Shown: positions 36,001 to 51,000 of the stretch, in pieces
Position numbering within the stretch: position 1 is the stretch's first letter
How the letters are laid out: every line of letters begins with the position of its first letter
NCBI GenBank assembly: GCA_965235115.1
Contig: OZ249436.1
Coordinates: forward strand, 28,770,001 to 28,834,000
Origin: Laetmonice hystrix
Lineage: Eukaryota
DNA: 64,000 nucleotides
Direction of reading: 5' to 3'
Position numbers and translations under genes: made by a program
Notes under the pieces: model-generated
Seen by the model: only the letters and a program-made list of their open reading frames with translations
Told to the model about the DNA's origin: nothing
Database searches by the model: none

Positions 36001-39000
36001 GGGGTAATGTCTGAGGGACAGTCAGCCATATCATGGGGATTGGGAAGGGGGAGGGTGTTGGCTGAGTGGTTCGGGGTAATGTCTAAGGGCAGTCAGCCAT
36101 ATCATGGGGATTGGGAAGAGGGAGGGTGTTGGCTGAGTGGTTTGGGGTAATGTCTAAGGGCCAGTCAGCCATATCATGGGGATTGGGAAGAGGGAGGGTG
36201 TTGGCTGAGTGGTTCGGGGTAATGTCTAAGGGCCAGTCAGCCATATCATGGGGATTGGGTAGAGGGAGGGTGTTGGCTGAGTGGTTCGGGGTACTGTCTA
36301 AGGGCCAGTCAGCCATATCATGGGGATTGGAAAGAGGGAGGGTGTTGGCTGAGTGGTTCAGGGTAATGTCTGAGGGACAGTCAGCCATATCATGGGGATT
36401 GGGAAGAGGGAGGGTGTTGGCTGAGTGGTTCGGGGTAATGTCTGAGGGCCAGTCAGCCATATCATGGGGATTGGGAAGAGGGAGGGTGTTGGCTGAGTGG
36501 TTCGGGTAAAGTCTGAGGGCCAGTCAGCTATATCATGGGGATTGGGAAGAGGGAGGGTGTTGGCTGAGTGGTTCGGGGCAATGTCTGAGGGCCAGTCAGC
36601 CATATCATGGGGATAGGGAAGAGGGAGGGTGTTGGCTGAGTGGTTCGGGGTAATGTCTAAGGGCCAGTCAGCCATATCATGGGGATTGGGTAGAGGAAGG
36701 GTGTTGGCTGAGTGGTTCAGGGTAATGACTGAGGGCCAGTCAGCCATATCATGGGGATTGGGAAGAGGGAGGGTGTTGGCTGAGTGGTTAGGGGTAACAT
36801 CTGAGGGCCAGTCAACCATATCATTGGGATTGGAAAGAGGGGGGAAGGTGTTGGCTGAGTGGTTAGGGATATCGTCACATGGCCAGTTAGCCATATTATA
36901 GGGGTTGGGAATTCGAGTCATCTTATCATCATTTATGATCATTGTCATTCCCCGTGGGGCCCGGGGAACAATAGGCCCCATTCGTTTCATCACCCTGTGG
37001 GAGTGAGTGTGGGGAAGGTGTTAGTTGTGTGGTTAGATGTAATGTCTGATGGCCAGACAGCCACAGCATGTGGATTGGGAAGGGGATGAGATGTCGGCTA
37101 AGTGTTTGGAGGGAATGTCTGAAGACCAATCAGTCATGTCAGGGATTGGGAAGGGGGATATAGTATTGGTTGGAGGTGGTAGTATAGAAGAAAAACGAAA
37201 AATAGCCAAAAAAATCAAAAGAGAAAAAAATGAAACAAAAGTTTGTGGGTAATGGATGTCGCAGTACTGAGGTATGTCTGCTGGGTGTTTATATCAAGGT
37301 TAATTTGATTTCGCTGTACTGGAGCGTCACTCTGGGTGGTTGGAGGTGGTAGTATAGAAGAAAAGGGGAAAAATACCAAAAAATCACAAAAGAAAACAAT
37401 GAAAAAAAGTTTGTGGGTGTTGACCCTTTAGATGAAATATCTGCACTGTGTTACGACGCCACCCCTGCACACATGTAATTCTTGTCTTGTTGTAACTGAA
37501 TGACTATAGTAAAAATCAACAATGATGAATTTGGTTGAGTGGTTAGAGGTAATGTCTTAGGGCCAGACAGCCGTATCATGGGGATTAGGAAGAGGGAAGG
37601 TGATGGCTGAGTCGTTCGGGATAATGTCTTAAGGCCAGTCGGCCATATCATGGGGATTGTGAAGGGATGAAGTTGTTGGCTGAGTGGTTCGGTGTAATGT
37701 CTGAGGGCCAGTCAGCCATATCATGGGGATTGGGAAGAGGGAGGGTGTTGGCTGAGTGGTTCGGGGTAATGTCTGAGGGACAGTCAGCCATATCATGGGG
37801 ATTGGGAAGGGGGAGGGTGTTGGCTGAGTGGTTCGGGGTAATGTCTAAGGGCAGTCAGCCATATCATGGGGATTGGGAAGAGGGAGGGTGTTGGCTGAGT
37901 GGTTTGGGGTAATGTCTAAGGGCCAGTCAGCCATATCATGGGGATTGGGTAGAGGGAGGGTGTTGGCTGAGTGGTTCGGGGTAATGTCTAAGGGCCAGTC
38001 AGCCATATCATGGGGATTGGGAAGAGGGAGGGTGTTGGCTGAGTGGTTCGGGTAAAGTCTGAGGGCCAGTCAGCCATATCATGGGGATTGGGAAGGGGGA
38101 GGGTGTTGGCTGAGTGGTTCGGGGTAATGTCTAAGGGACAGTCAGCCATATCATGGGGATTGGGAAGAGGGAGGGTGTTGGCTGAGTGGTTCGGGGTAAT
38201 GTCTGAGGGCCAGTCAGCCATATCATGGGGATTGGGAAGAGGGAGGGTGTTGGCTGAGTGGTTCAGGGTAATGTCTAAGGGCCAGTCAGCCATATCATGG
38301 GGATTGGGAAGAGGGAGGGTGTTGGCTGAGTGGTTCAGGGTAATGTCTAAGGGCCAGTCAGCCATATCATGGGGATTGGGTAGAGGGAGGGTGTTGGCTG
38401 AGTGGTTCGGGGTAATGTCTAAGGGCCAGTCAGCCATATCATGGGGATTGGGAAGAGGGAGGGTGTTGGCTGAGTGGTTCGGGTAAAGTCTGAGGGCCAG
38501 TCAGCCATATCATGGGGATTGGGAAGGGGGAGGGTGTTGGCTGAGTGGTTCGGGGTAATGGGTAAGGGCCAGTCAGCCATATCATGGGGATTGGGAAGAG
38601 GGAGGCTGTTGACTGAGTGGTTCGGGGTAATGTCTAAGGGCCAGTCAGCCATATCATGGGGATTGGGAAGAGGGAGGGTGTTGGCTGAGTGGTTCAGGGT
38701 AATGTCTAAGGGCCAGTCAGCCATATCATGGGGATTGGAAAGAGGGAGGGTGTTGGCTGAGTGGTTCAGGGTAATGTCTGAGGGACAGTCAGCCATATCA
38801 TGGGGATTGGGAAGAGGGAGGGTGTTGGCTGAGTGGTTCGGGTAAAGTCTGAGGGCCAGTCAGCTATATCATGGGGATTGGGAAGAGGGAGGGTGTTGGC
38901 TGAGTGGTTCGGGGCAATGTCTGAGGGCCAGTCAGCCATATCATGGGGATAGGGAAGAGGGAGGGTGTTGGCTGAGTGGTTCGGGGTAATGTCTAAGGGC

Positions 39001-42000
39001 CAGTCAGCCATATCATGGGGATTGGGTAGAGGAAGGGTGTTGGCTGAGTGGTTCAGGGTAATGACTGAGGGCCAGTCAGCCATATCATGGGGATTGGGAA
39101 GAGGGAGGGTGTTGGCTGAGTGGTTAGGGGTAACATCTGAGGGCCAGTCAACCATATCATTGGGATTGGAAAGAGGGGGGAAGGTGTTGGCTGAGTGGTT
39201 AGGGATATCGTCACATGGCCAGTTAGCCATATTATAGGGGTTGGGAATTCGAGTCATCTTATCATCATTTATGATCATTGTCATTCCCCGTGGGGCCCGG
39301 GGAACAATAGGCCCCATTCGTTTCATCACCCTGTGGGAGTGAGTGTGGGGAAGGTGTTAGTTGTGTGGTTAGATGTAATGTCTGATGGCCAGACAGCCAC
39401 AGCATGTGGATTGGGAAGGGGATGAGATGTCGGCTAAGTGTTTGGAGGGAATGTCTGAAGACCAATCAGTCATGTCAGGGATTGGGAAGGGGGATATAGT
39501 ATTGGTTGGAGGTGGTAGTATAGAAGAAAAACGAAAAATAGCCAAAAAAATCAAAAGAGAAAAAAATGAAACAAAAGTTTGTGGGTAATGGATGTCGCAG
39601 TACTGAGGTATGTCTGCTGGGTGTTTATATCAAGGTTAATTTGATTTCGCTGTACTGGAGCGTCACTCTGGGTGGTTGGAGGTGGTAGTATAGAAGAAAA
39701 GGGGAAAAATACCAAAAAATCACAAAAGAAAACAATGAAAAAAAGTTTGTGGGTGTTGACCCTTCAGATGAAATATCTGCACTGTGTTACGACGCCACCC
39801 CTGCACACATGTAATTCTTGTCTTGTTGTAACTGAATGACTATAGTAAAAATCAACAATGATGAATTTGGTTGAGTGGTTAGAGGTAATGTCTTAGGGCC
39901 AGACAGCCGTATCATGGGGATTAGGAAGAGGGAAGGTGATGGCTGAGTCGTTCGGGATAATGTCTTAAGGCCAGTCGGCCATATCATGGGGATTGTGAAG
40001 GGATGAAGTTGTTGGCTGAGTGGTTCGGTGTAATGTCTGAGGGCCAGTCAGCCATATCATGGGGATTGGGAAGAGGGAGGGTGTTGGCTGAGTGGTTCGG
40101 GGTAATGTCTGAGGGACAGTCAGCCATATCATGGGGATTGGGAAGGGGGAGGGTGTTGGCTGAGTGGTTCGGGGTAATGTCTAAGGGCAGTCAGCCATAT
40201 CATGGGGATTGGGAAGAGGGAGGGTGTTGGCTGAGTGGTTTGGGGTAATGTCTAAGGGCCAGTCAGCCATATCATGGGGATTGGGTAGAGGGAGGGTGTT
40301 GGCTGAGTGGTTCGGGGTAATGTCTAAGGGCCAGTCAGCCATATCATGGGGATTGGGAAGAGGGAGGGTGTTGGCTGAGTGGTTCGGGTAAAGTCTGAGG
40401 GCCAGTCAGCCATATCATGGGGATTGGGAAGGGGGAGGGTGTTGGCTGAGTGGTTCGGGGTAATGTCTAAGGGACAGTCAGCCATATCATGGGGATTGGG
40501 AAGAGGGAGGGTGTTGGCTGAGTGGTTCGGGGTAATGTCTGAGGGCCAGTCAGCCATATCATGGGGATTGGGAAGAGGGAGGGTGTTGGCTGAGTGGTTC
40601 AGGGTAATGTCTAAGGGCCAGTCAGCCATATCATGGGGATTGGGAAGAGGGAGGGTGTTGGCTGAGTGGTTCAGGGTAATGTCTAAGGGCCAGTCAGCCA
40701 TATCATGGGGATTGGGTAGAGGGAGGGTGTTGGCTGAGTGGTTCGGGGTAATGTCTAAGGGCCAGTCAGCCATATCATGGGGATTGGGAAGAGGGAGGGT
40801 GTTGGCTGAGTGGTTCGGGTAAAGTCTGAGGGCCAGTCAGCCATATCATGGGGATTGGGAAGGGGGAGGGTGTTGGCTGAGTGGTTCGGGGTAATGGGTA
40901 AGGGCCAGTCAGCCATATCATGGGGATTGGGAAGAGGGAGGCTGTTGACTGAGTGGTTCGGGGTAATGTCTAAGGGCCAGTCAGCCATATCATGGGGATT
41001 GGGAAGAGGGAGGGTGTTGGCTGAGTGGTTCAGGGTAATGTCTAAGGGCCAGTCAGCCATATCATGGGGATTGGGAAGAGGGAGGGTGTTGGCTGAGTGG
41101 TTCAGGGTAATGTCTAAGGGCCAGTCAGCCATATCATGGGGATTGGAAAGAGGGAGGGTGTTGGCTGAGTGGTTCAGGGTAATGTCTGAGGGACAGTCAG
41201 CCATATCATGGGGATTGGGAAGAGGGAGGGTGTTGGCTGAGTGGTTCGGGGTAATGTCTGAGGGCCAGTCAGCCATATCATGGGGATTGGGAAGAGGGAG
41301 GGTGTTGGCTGAGTGGTTCGGGTAAAGTCTGAGGGCCAGTCAGCTATATCATGGGGACTGGGAAGAGGGAGGGTGTTGGATGAGTGGTTCGGGGCAATGC
41401 TGAGGGCCAGTCAGCCATATCATGGGGATAGGGAAGAGGGAGGGTGTTGGCTGAGTGGTTCGGGGTAATGTCTAAGGGCCAGTCAGCCATATCATTGGGA
41501 TTGGAAAGAGGGGGGAAGGTGTTGGCTGAGTGGTTAGGGATATCGTCACATGGCCAGTTAGCCATATTATAGGGGTTGGGAATTCGAGTCATCTTATCAT
41601 CATTTATGATCATTGTCATTCCCCGTGGGGCCCGGGGAACAATAGGCCCCATTCGTTTCATCACCCTGTGGGAGTGAGTGTGGGGAAGGTGTTGGTTGTG
41701 TGGTTAGATGTAATGTCTGATGGCCAGACAGCCACAGCATGTGGATTGGGAAGGGGATGAGATGTCGGCTAAGTGTTTGGAGGGAATGTCTGAAGACCAA
41801 TCAGTCATGTCAGGGATTGGGAAGGGGGATATAGGATTGGTTGGAGGTGGTAGTATAGAAGAAAAACGAAAAATAGCCCAAAAAATCAAAAGAGAAAAAA
41901 ATGAAACAAAAGTTTGTGGGTAATGGATGTCGCAGTACTGAGATATGTCTGCTGGGTGTTTATATCAAGGTTAATTTGATTTCGCTGTACTGGAGCGTCA

Positions 42001-45000
42001 CTCTGGGTGGTTGGAGGTGGTAGTATAGAAGAAAAGGGGAAAAATACCAAAAAATCACAAAAGAAAACAATGAAAAAAAGTTTGTGGGTGTTGACACTTC
42101 AGATGAAATATCTGCACTGTGTTACGACGCCACCCCAGCAGACATGTAATTCTTGTCTTGTTGTAACTGAATGATGATGAATTTGGTTGAGTGGTTAGAG
42201 GTAATGTCTTAGGGCCAGACAGCCGTATCATGGGGATTAGGAAGAGGGAAGGTGTTGGCTGAGACGTTCGGGATAATGTCGTAAGGCCAGTCGGCCATAT
42301 CATGGGGATTGTGAAGGGATGAAGTTGTTGGCTGAGTGGTTCGGTGTAATGTCTGAGGGCCAGTCAGCCATATCATGGGGATTGGGAAGAGGGAGGGTGT
42401 TGGCTGAGTGGTTCGGGGTAATGTCTGAGGGACAGTCAGCCATATCATGGGGATTGGGAAGGGGGAGGGTGTTGGCTGAGTGGTTCGGGGTAATGTCTAA
42501 GGGCAGTCAGCCATATCATGGGGATTGGGAAGAGGGAGGGTGTTGGCTGAGTGGTTTGGGGTAATGTCTAAGGGCCAGTCAGCCATATCATGGGGATTGG
42601 GAAGAGGGAGGGTGTTGGCTGAGTGGTTCGGGGTAATGTCTAAGGGCCAGTCAGCCATATCATGGGGATTGGGTAGAGGGAGGGTGTTGGCTGAGTGGTT
42701 CGGGGTACTGTCTAAGGGCCAGTCAGCCATATCATGGGGATTGGAAAGAGGGAGGGTGTTGGCTGAGTGGTTCAGGGTAATGTCTGAGGGACAGTCAGCC
42801 ATATCATGGGGATTGGGAAGAGGGAGGGTGTTGGCTGAGTGGTTCGGGGTAATGTCTGAGGGCCAGTCAGCCATATCATGGGGATTGGGAAGAGGGAGGG
42901 TGTTGGCTGAGTGGTTCGGGTAAAGTCTGAGGGCCAGTCAGCTATATCATGGGGATTGGGAAGAGGGAGGGTGTTGGCTGAGTGGTTCGGGGCAATGTCT
43001 GAGGGCCAGTCAGCCATATCATGGGGATAGGGAAGAGGGAGGGTGTTGGCTGAGTGGTTCGGGGTAATGTCTAAGGGCCAGTCAGCCATATCATGGGGAT
43101 TGGGTAGAGGAAGGGTGTTGGCTGAGTGGTTCAGGGTAATGACTGAGGGCCAGTCAGCCATATCATGGGGATTGGGAAGAGGGAGGGTGTTGGCTGAGTG
43201 GTTAGGGGTAACATCTGAGGGCCAGTCAACCATATCATTGGGATTGGAAAGAGGGGGGAAGGTGTTGGCTGAGTGGTTAGGGATATCGGCACATGGCCAG
43301 TTAGCCATATTATAGGGGTTGGGAATTCGAGTCATCTTATCATCATTTATGATCATTGTCATTCCCCGTGGGGCCCGGGGAACAATAGGCCCCATTCGTT
43401 TCATCACCCTGTGGGAGTGAGTGTGGGGAAGGTGTTGGTTGTGTGGTTAGATGTAATGTCTGATGGCCAGACAGCCACAGCATGTGGATTGGGAAGGGGA
43501 TGAGATGTCGGCTAAGTGTTTGGAGGGAATGTCTGAAGACCAATCAGTCATGTCAGGGATTGGGAAGGGGGATATAGGATTGGTTGGAGGTGGTAGTATA
43601 GAAGAAAAACGAAAAATAGCCCAAAAAATCAAAAGAGAAAAAAATGAAACAAAAGTTTGTGGGTAATGGATGTCGCAGTACTGAGATATGTCTGCTGGGT
43701 GTTTATATCAAGGTTAATTTGATTTCGCTGTACTGGAGCGTCACTCTGGGTGGTTGGAGGTGGTAGTATAGAAGAAAAGGGGAAAAATACCAAAAAATCA
43801 CAAAAGAAAACAATGAAAAAAAGTTTGTGGGTGTTGACACTTCAGATGAAATATCTGCACTGTGTTACGACGCCACCCCAGCAGACATGTAATTCTTGTC
43901 TTGTTGTAACTGAATGATGATGAATTTGGTTGAGTGGTTAGAGGTAATGTCTTAGGGCCAGACAGCCGTATCATGGGGATTAGGAAGAGGGAAGGTGTTG
44001 GCTGAGACGTTCGGGATAATGTCGTAAGGCCAGTCGGCCATATCATGGGGATTGTGAAGGGATGAAGTTGTTGGCTGAGTGGTTCGGTGTAATGTCTGAG
44101 GGCCAGTCAGCCATATCATGGGGATTGGGAAGAGGGAGGGTGTTGGCTGAGTGGTTCGGGGTAATGTCTGAGGGACAGTCAGCCATATCATGGGGATTGG
44201 GAAGGGGGAGGGTGTTGGCTGAGTGGTTCGGGGTAATGTCTAAGGGCAGTCAGCCATATCATGGGGATTGGGAAGAGGGAGGGTGTTGGCTGAGTGGTTT
44301 GGGGTAATGTCTAAGGGCCAGTCAGCCATATCATGGGGATTGGGAAGAGGGAGGGTGTTGGCTGAGTGGTTCGGGGTAATGTCTAAGGGCCAGTCAGCCA
44401 TATCATGGGGATTGGGTAGAGGGAGGGTGTTGGCTGAGTGGTTCGGGGTACTGTCTAAGGGCCAGTCAGCCATATCATGGGGATTGGAAAGAGGGAGGGT
44501 GTTGGCTGAGTGGTTCAGGGTAATGTCTGAGGGACAGTCAGCCATATCATGGGGATTGGGAAGAGGGAGGGTGTTGGCTGAGTGGTTCGGGGTAATGTCT
44601 GAGGGCCAGTCAGCCATATCATGGGGATTGGGAAGAGGGAGGGTGTTGGCTGAGTGGTTCGGGTAAAGTCTGAGGGCCAGTCAGCTATATCATGGGGATT
44701 GGGAAGAGGGAGGGTGTTGGCTGAGTGGTTCGGGGCAATGTCTGAGGGCCAGTCAGCCATATCATGGGGATAGGGAAGAGGGAGGGTGTTGGCTGAGTGG
44801 TTCGGGGTAATGTCTAAGGGCCAGTCAGCCATATCATGGGGATTGGGTAGAGGAAGGGTGTTGGCTGAGTGGTTCAGGGTAATGACTGAGGGCCAGTCAG
44901 CCATATCATGGGGATTGGGAAGAGGGAGGGTGTTGGCTGAGTGGTTAGGGGTAACATCTGAGGGCCAGTCAACCATATCATTGGGATTGGAAAGAGGGGG

Positions 45001-48000
45001 GAAGGTGTTGGCTGAGTGGTTAGGGATATCGGCACATGGCCAGTTAGCCATATTATAGGGGTTGGGAATTCGAGTCATCTTATCATCATTTATGATCATT
45101 GTCATTCCCCGTGGGGCCCGGGGAACAATAGGCCCCATTCGTTTCATCACCCTGTGGGAGTGAGTGTGGGGAAGGTGTTAGTTGTGTGGTTAGATGTAAT
45201 GTCTGATGGCCAGACAGCCACAGCATGTGGATTGGGAAGGGGATGAGATGTCGGCTAAGTGTTTGGAGGGAATGTCTGAAGACCAATCAGTCATGTCAGG
45301 GATTGGGAAGGGGGATATAGTATTGGTTGGAGGTGGTAGTATAGAAGAAAAACGAAAAATAGCCAAAAAAATCAAAAGAGAAAAAAATGAAACAAAAGTT
45401 TGTGGGTAATGGATGTCGCAGTACTGAGGTATGTCTGCTGGGTGTTTATATCAAGGTTAATTTGATTTCGCTGTACTGGAGCGTCACTCTGGGTGGTTGG
45501 AGGTGGTAGTATAGAAGAAAAGGGGAAAAATACCAAAAAATCACAAAAGAAAACAATGAAAAAAAGTTTGTGGGTGTTGACCCTTCAGATGAAATATCTG
45601 CACTGTGTTACGACGCCACCCCTGCACACATGTAATTCTTGTCTTGTTGTAACTGAATGACTATAGTAAAAATCAACAATGATGAATTTGGTTGAGTGGT
45701 TAGAGGTAATGTCTTAGGGCCAGACAGCCGTATCATGGGGATTAGGAAGAGGGAAGGTGATGGCTGAGTCGTTCGGGATAATGTCTTAAGGCCAGTCGGC
45801 CATATCATGGGGATTGTGAAGGGATGAAGTTGTTGGCTGAGTGGTTCGGTGTAATGTCTGAGGGCCAGTCAGCCATATCATGGGGATTGGGAAGAGGGAG
45901 GGTGTTGGCTGAGTGGTTCGGGGTAATGTCTGAGGGACAGTCAGCCATATCATGGGGATTGGGAAGGGGGAGGGTGTTGGCTGAGTGGTTCGGGGTAATG
46001 TCTAAGGGCAGTCAGCCATATCATGGGGATTGGGAAGAGGGAGGGTGTTGGCTGAGTGGTTTGGGGTAATGTCTAAGGGCCAGTCAGCCATATCATGGGG
46101 ATTGGGTAGAGGGAGGGTGTTGGCTGAGTGGTTCGGGGTAATGTCTAAGGGCCAGTCAGCCATATCATGGGGATTGGGAAGAGGGAGGGTGTTGGCTGAG
46201 TGGTTCGGGTAAAGTCTGAGGGCCAGTCAGCCATATCATGGGGATTGGGAAGGGGGAGGGTGTTGGCTGAGTGGTTCGGGGTAATGTCTAAGGGCCAGTC
46301 AGCCATATCATGGGGATTGGGAAGAGGGAGGGTGTTGGCTAAGTGGTTTGGGGTCATGTCTAAGGGCCAGTCAGCCATATCATGGGGATTGGGAAGAGGG
46401 AGGGTGTTGGCTGAGTGGTTCGGGGTAATGTCTAAGGGCCAGTCTGCCATATCATGGGGATTGGGTAGAGGGAGGGTGTTGGCTGAGTGGTTCGGGGTAA
46501 TGTCTAAGGGCCAGTCAGCCATATCATGGGGATTGGGAAGAGGGAGGGTGTTGGCTGAGTGGTTCGAGGTAATGGGTAAGGGCCAGTCAGCCATATCATG
46601 GGGATTGGGAAGAGGGAGGCTGTTGACTGAGTGGTTCGGGGTAATGTCTAAGGGCCAGTCAGCCATATCATGGGGATTGGGAAGAGGGAGGGTGTTGGCT
46701 GAGTGGTTCAGGGTAATGTCTAAGGGCCAGTCAGCCATATCATGGGGATTGGGAAGAGGGAGGGTGTTGGCTGAGTGGTTCAGGGTAATGTCTAAGGGCC
46801 AGTCAGCCATATCATGGGGATTGGAAAGAGGGAGGGTGTTGGCTGAGTGGTTCAGGGTAATGTCTGAGGGACAGTCAGCCATATCATGGGGATTGGGAAG
46901 AGGGAGGGTGTTGGCTGAGTGGTTCGGGTAAAGTCTGAGGGCCAGTCAGCTATATCATGGGGATTGGGAAGAGGGAGGGTGTTGGCTGAGTGGTTCGGGT
47001 AAAGTCTGAGGGCCAGTCAGCCATATCATGGGGATTGGGAAGAGGGAGGGTGTTGGCTGAGTGGTTCGGGGTAATGTCTGAGGGACAGTCAGCCATATCA
47101 TGGGGATTGGGAAGAGGGAGGGTGTTGGCTGAGTTGTTCGGGGTAATGTCTAAGGGCCAGACAGCCATATCATGGGGATTGGGTAGAGGGAGGGTGTTGG
47201 CTGAGTGGTTCGGGGTAATGTCTAAGGGCCAGTCAGCCATATCATGGGGATTGGAAAGAGGGAGGGTGTTGGCTGAGTGGTTCAGGGTAATGTCTGAGGG
47301 ACAGTCAGCCATATCATGGGGATTGGGAAGAGGGAGGGTGTTGGCTGAGTGGTTCGAGGTAATGTCTGAGGGACAGTCAGCCATATCATGGGGATTGGGA
47401 AGAGGGAAGGGCCAGTCAGCCATATCATGGGGATTGGGAAGAGGGAGGCTGTTGACTGAGTGGTTCGGGGTAATGTCTAAGGGCCAGTCAGCCATATCAT
47501 GGGGATTGGGAAGAGGGGGGGTGTTGGCTGAGTGGTTCAGGGTAATGTCTAAGGGCCAGTCAGCCATATCATAGGAATTGGGAAGAGGGAGGGTGTTGGC
47601 TGAGTGGTTCGGGGCATTGTCTAAGGGCCAGTCAGCCATATCATGGGGATAGGGAAGAGGGAGGGTGTTGGCTGAGTGGTTCGGGGTAATGTCTGAGGGC
47701 GAGTCAGCCATATTATGGGGATTGGGAAGAGGGAGGGTGTTGGCTGAGTGGTTCGGGGTAATGTCTGAGGGACAGTAAGCCATATCATGGGGATTGGGAA
47801 GGGGGAAGGGTATTGGCTAAGTGGTTCGGGGTAATGTCTAAGGGCCAGTCAGCCATATCATGGGGATTGGGAAGAGGGAGGGTGTTGGCTAAGTGGTTTG
47901 GGGTAATGTCTAAGGGCCAGTCAGCCATATCATGGGGATTGGGAAGAGGGAGGGTGTTGGCTGAGTGGTTCGGGGTAATGTCTAAGGGCCAGTCAGCCAT

Positions 48001-51000
48001 ATCATTTGGATTGGGAAGAGGGAGGGTGTTGGCTGAGTGGTTCGGGGTAATGTCTGAGGGACAGTCAGCCATATCATGGGGATTGGGAAGAGGGAGGGTG
48101 TTGGCTGAGTGGTTCGGGGTAATGTCTTGAGGGCCAGTCAGCCATATAATGGGGATTGGGAAGAGGGAGGGTGTTGGCTGAGTGGTTCGGGGTAATGTCT
48201 AAGGGCCAGTCAGCCATATCATGGGGATTGGGAAGAGGGAGGGTGTTGGCTGAGTGGTTCGGGGCAATGTCTCAGGGCCAGTCAGCATATCATGGGGATT
48301 GGGAAGAGGGAGGGTGTTGGCTGAGTGGTTCAGGGTAATGACTGAGCGCCAGTCAGCCATATCATTGGGATTGGAAAGAGGGGGGAAGCTGTTGGCTGAG
48401 TGGTTAGGGATATCGTCACATGGCCAGTTAGCCATATTATAGGGGTTGGGAATTCGAGTCATCTTATCATCATTTATGATCATTGTCATTCCCCATGGGG
48501 CCTGGGGAACAATAGGCCCCATTCGTTTCATCACCCTGTGGGAGGGAGTGTGGGGAAGGTGTTGGTTGTGTGGATAGATGTAATGTCTGATGGCCAGACA
48601 GCCACAGCATGTGGATTGGGAAGGGGATGAGATGTCGGCTAACTTTTTGGAGGGAATGTCTGAAGACCAATTAGTCATGTCAGGGATTGGGAAGGGGGAT
48701 ATAGGATTGGTTGGAGGTGGTAGTATAGAAGAAAAACGAAAAATAGCCCAAAAAATCAAAAGAGAAAAAAATGAAACAAAAGTTTGTGGGTAATGGATGT
48801 CGCAGTACTGAGATATGTCTGCTGGGTGTTTATATCAAGGTTAATTTGATTTCGCTGTACTGGAGCGTCACTCTGGGTGGTTGGAGGTGGTAGTATAGAA
48901 GAAAAGGGGGAAAATACCAAAAAATCACAAAAGAAAACAATGAAAAAAAGTTTGTGGGTGTTGACACTTCAGATGAAATATCTCCACTGTGTTACGACGC
49001 CACCCCAGCAGACATGTAATTCTTGTCTTGTTGTAACTGAATGATGATGAATTTGGTTGAGTGGTTAGAGGTAATGTCTTAGGGCCAGACAGCCGTATCA
49101 TGGGGATTAGGAAGAGGGAAGGTGTTGGCTGAGACGTTCGGGATAATGTCGTAAGGCCAGTCGGCCATATCATGGGGATTGTGAAGGGATGAAGTTGTTG
49201 GCTGAGTGGTTCGGTGTAATGTCTGAGGGCCAGTCAGCCATATCATGGGGATTGGGAAGAGGGAGGGTGTTGGCTGAGTGGTTCGGGGTAATGTCTGAGG
49301 GACAGTCAGCCATATCAGGGGGATTGGGAAGGGGGAGGGTGTTGGCTGAGTGGTTCGGGGTAATGTCTAAGGGCAGTCAGCCATATCATGGGGATTGGGA
49401 AGAGGGAGGGTGTTGGCTGAGTGGTTTGGGGTAATGTCTAAGGGCCAGTCAGCCATATCATGGGGATTGGGAAGAGGGAGGGTGTTGGCTGAGTGGTTCG
49501 GGGTAATGTCTAAGGGCCAGTCAGCCATATCATGGGGATTGGGTAGAGGGAGGGTGTTGGCTGAGTGGTTCGGGGTACTGTCTAAGGGCCAGTCAGCCAT
49601 ATCATGGGGATTGGAAAGAGGGAGGGTGTTGGCTGAGTGGTTCAGGGTAATGTCTGAGGGACAGTCAGCCATATCATGGGGATTGGGAAGAGGGAGGGTG
49701 TTGGCTGAGTGGTTCGGGGTAATGTCTGAGGGCCAGTCAGCCATATCATGGGGATTGGGAAGAGGGAGGGTGTTGGCTGAGTGGTTCGGGTAAAGTCTGA
49801 GGGCCAGTCAGCTATATCATGGGGATTGGGAAGAGGGAGGGTGTTGGCTGAGTGGTTCGGGGCAATGTCTGAGGGCCAGTCAGCCATATCATGGGGATAG
49901 GGAAGAGGGAGGGTGTTGGCTGAGTGGTTCGGGGTAATGTCTAAGGGCCAGTCAGCCATATCATGGGGATTGGGTAGAGGAAGGGTGTTGGCTGAGTGGT
50001 TCAGGGTAATGACTGAGGGCCAGTCAGCCATATCATGGGGATTGGGAAGAGGGAGGGTGTTGGCTGAGTGGTTAGGGGTAACATCTGAGGGCCAGTCAAC
50101 CATATCATTGGGATTGGAAAGAGGGGGGAAGGTGTTGGCTGAGTGGTTAGGGATATCGTCACATGGCCAGTTAGCCATATTATAGGGGTTGGGAATTCGA
50201 GTCATCTTATCATCATTTATGATCATTGTCATTCCCCGTGGGGCCCGGGGAACAATAGGCCCCATTCGTTTCATCACCCTGTGGGAGTGAGTGTGGGGAA
50301 GGTGTTAGTTGTGTGGTTAGATGTAATGTCTGATGGCCAGACAGCCACAGCATGTGGATTGGGAAGGGGATGAGATGTCGGCTAAGTGTTTGGAGGGAAT
50401 GTCTGAAGACCAATCAGTCATGTCAGGGATTGGGAAGGGGGATATAGTATTGGTTGGAGGTGGTAGTATAGAAGAAAAACGAAAAATAGCCAAAAAAATC
50501 AAAAGAGAAAAAAATGAAACAAAAGTTTGTGGGTAATGGATGTCGCAGTACTGAGGTATGTCTGCTGGGTGTTTATATCAAGGTTAATTTGATTTCGCTG
50601 TACTGGAGCGTCACTCTGGGTGGTTGGAGGTGGTAGTATAGAAGAAAAGGGGAAAAATACCAAAAAATCACAAAAGAAAACAATGAAAAAAAGTTTGTGG
50701 GTGTTGACCCTTCAGATGAAATATCTGCACTGTGTTACGACGCCACCCCTGCACACATGTAATTCTTGTCTTGTTGTAACTGAATGACTATAGTAAAAAT
50801 CAACAATGATGAATTTGGTTGAGTGGTTAGAGGTAATGTCTTAGGGCCAGACAGCCGTATCATGGGGATTAGGAAGAGGGAAGGTGATGGCTGAGTCGTT
50901 CGGGATAATGTCTGAGGGACAGTCAGCCATATCATGGGGATTGGGAAGGGGGAGGGTGTTGGCTGAGTGGTTCGGGGTAATGTCTAAGGGCAGTCAGCCA

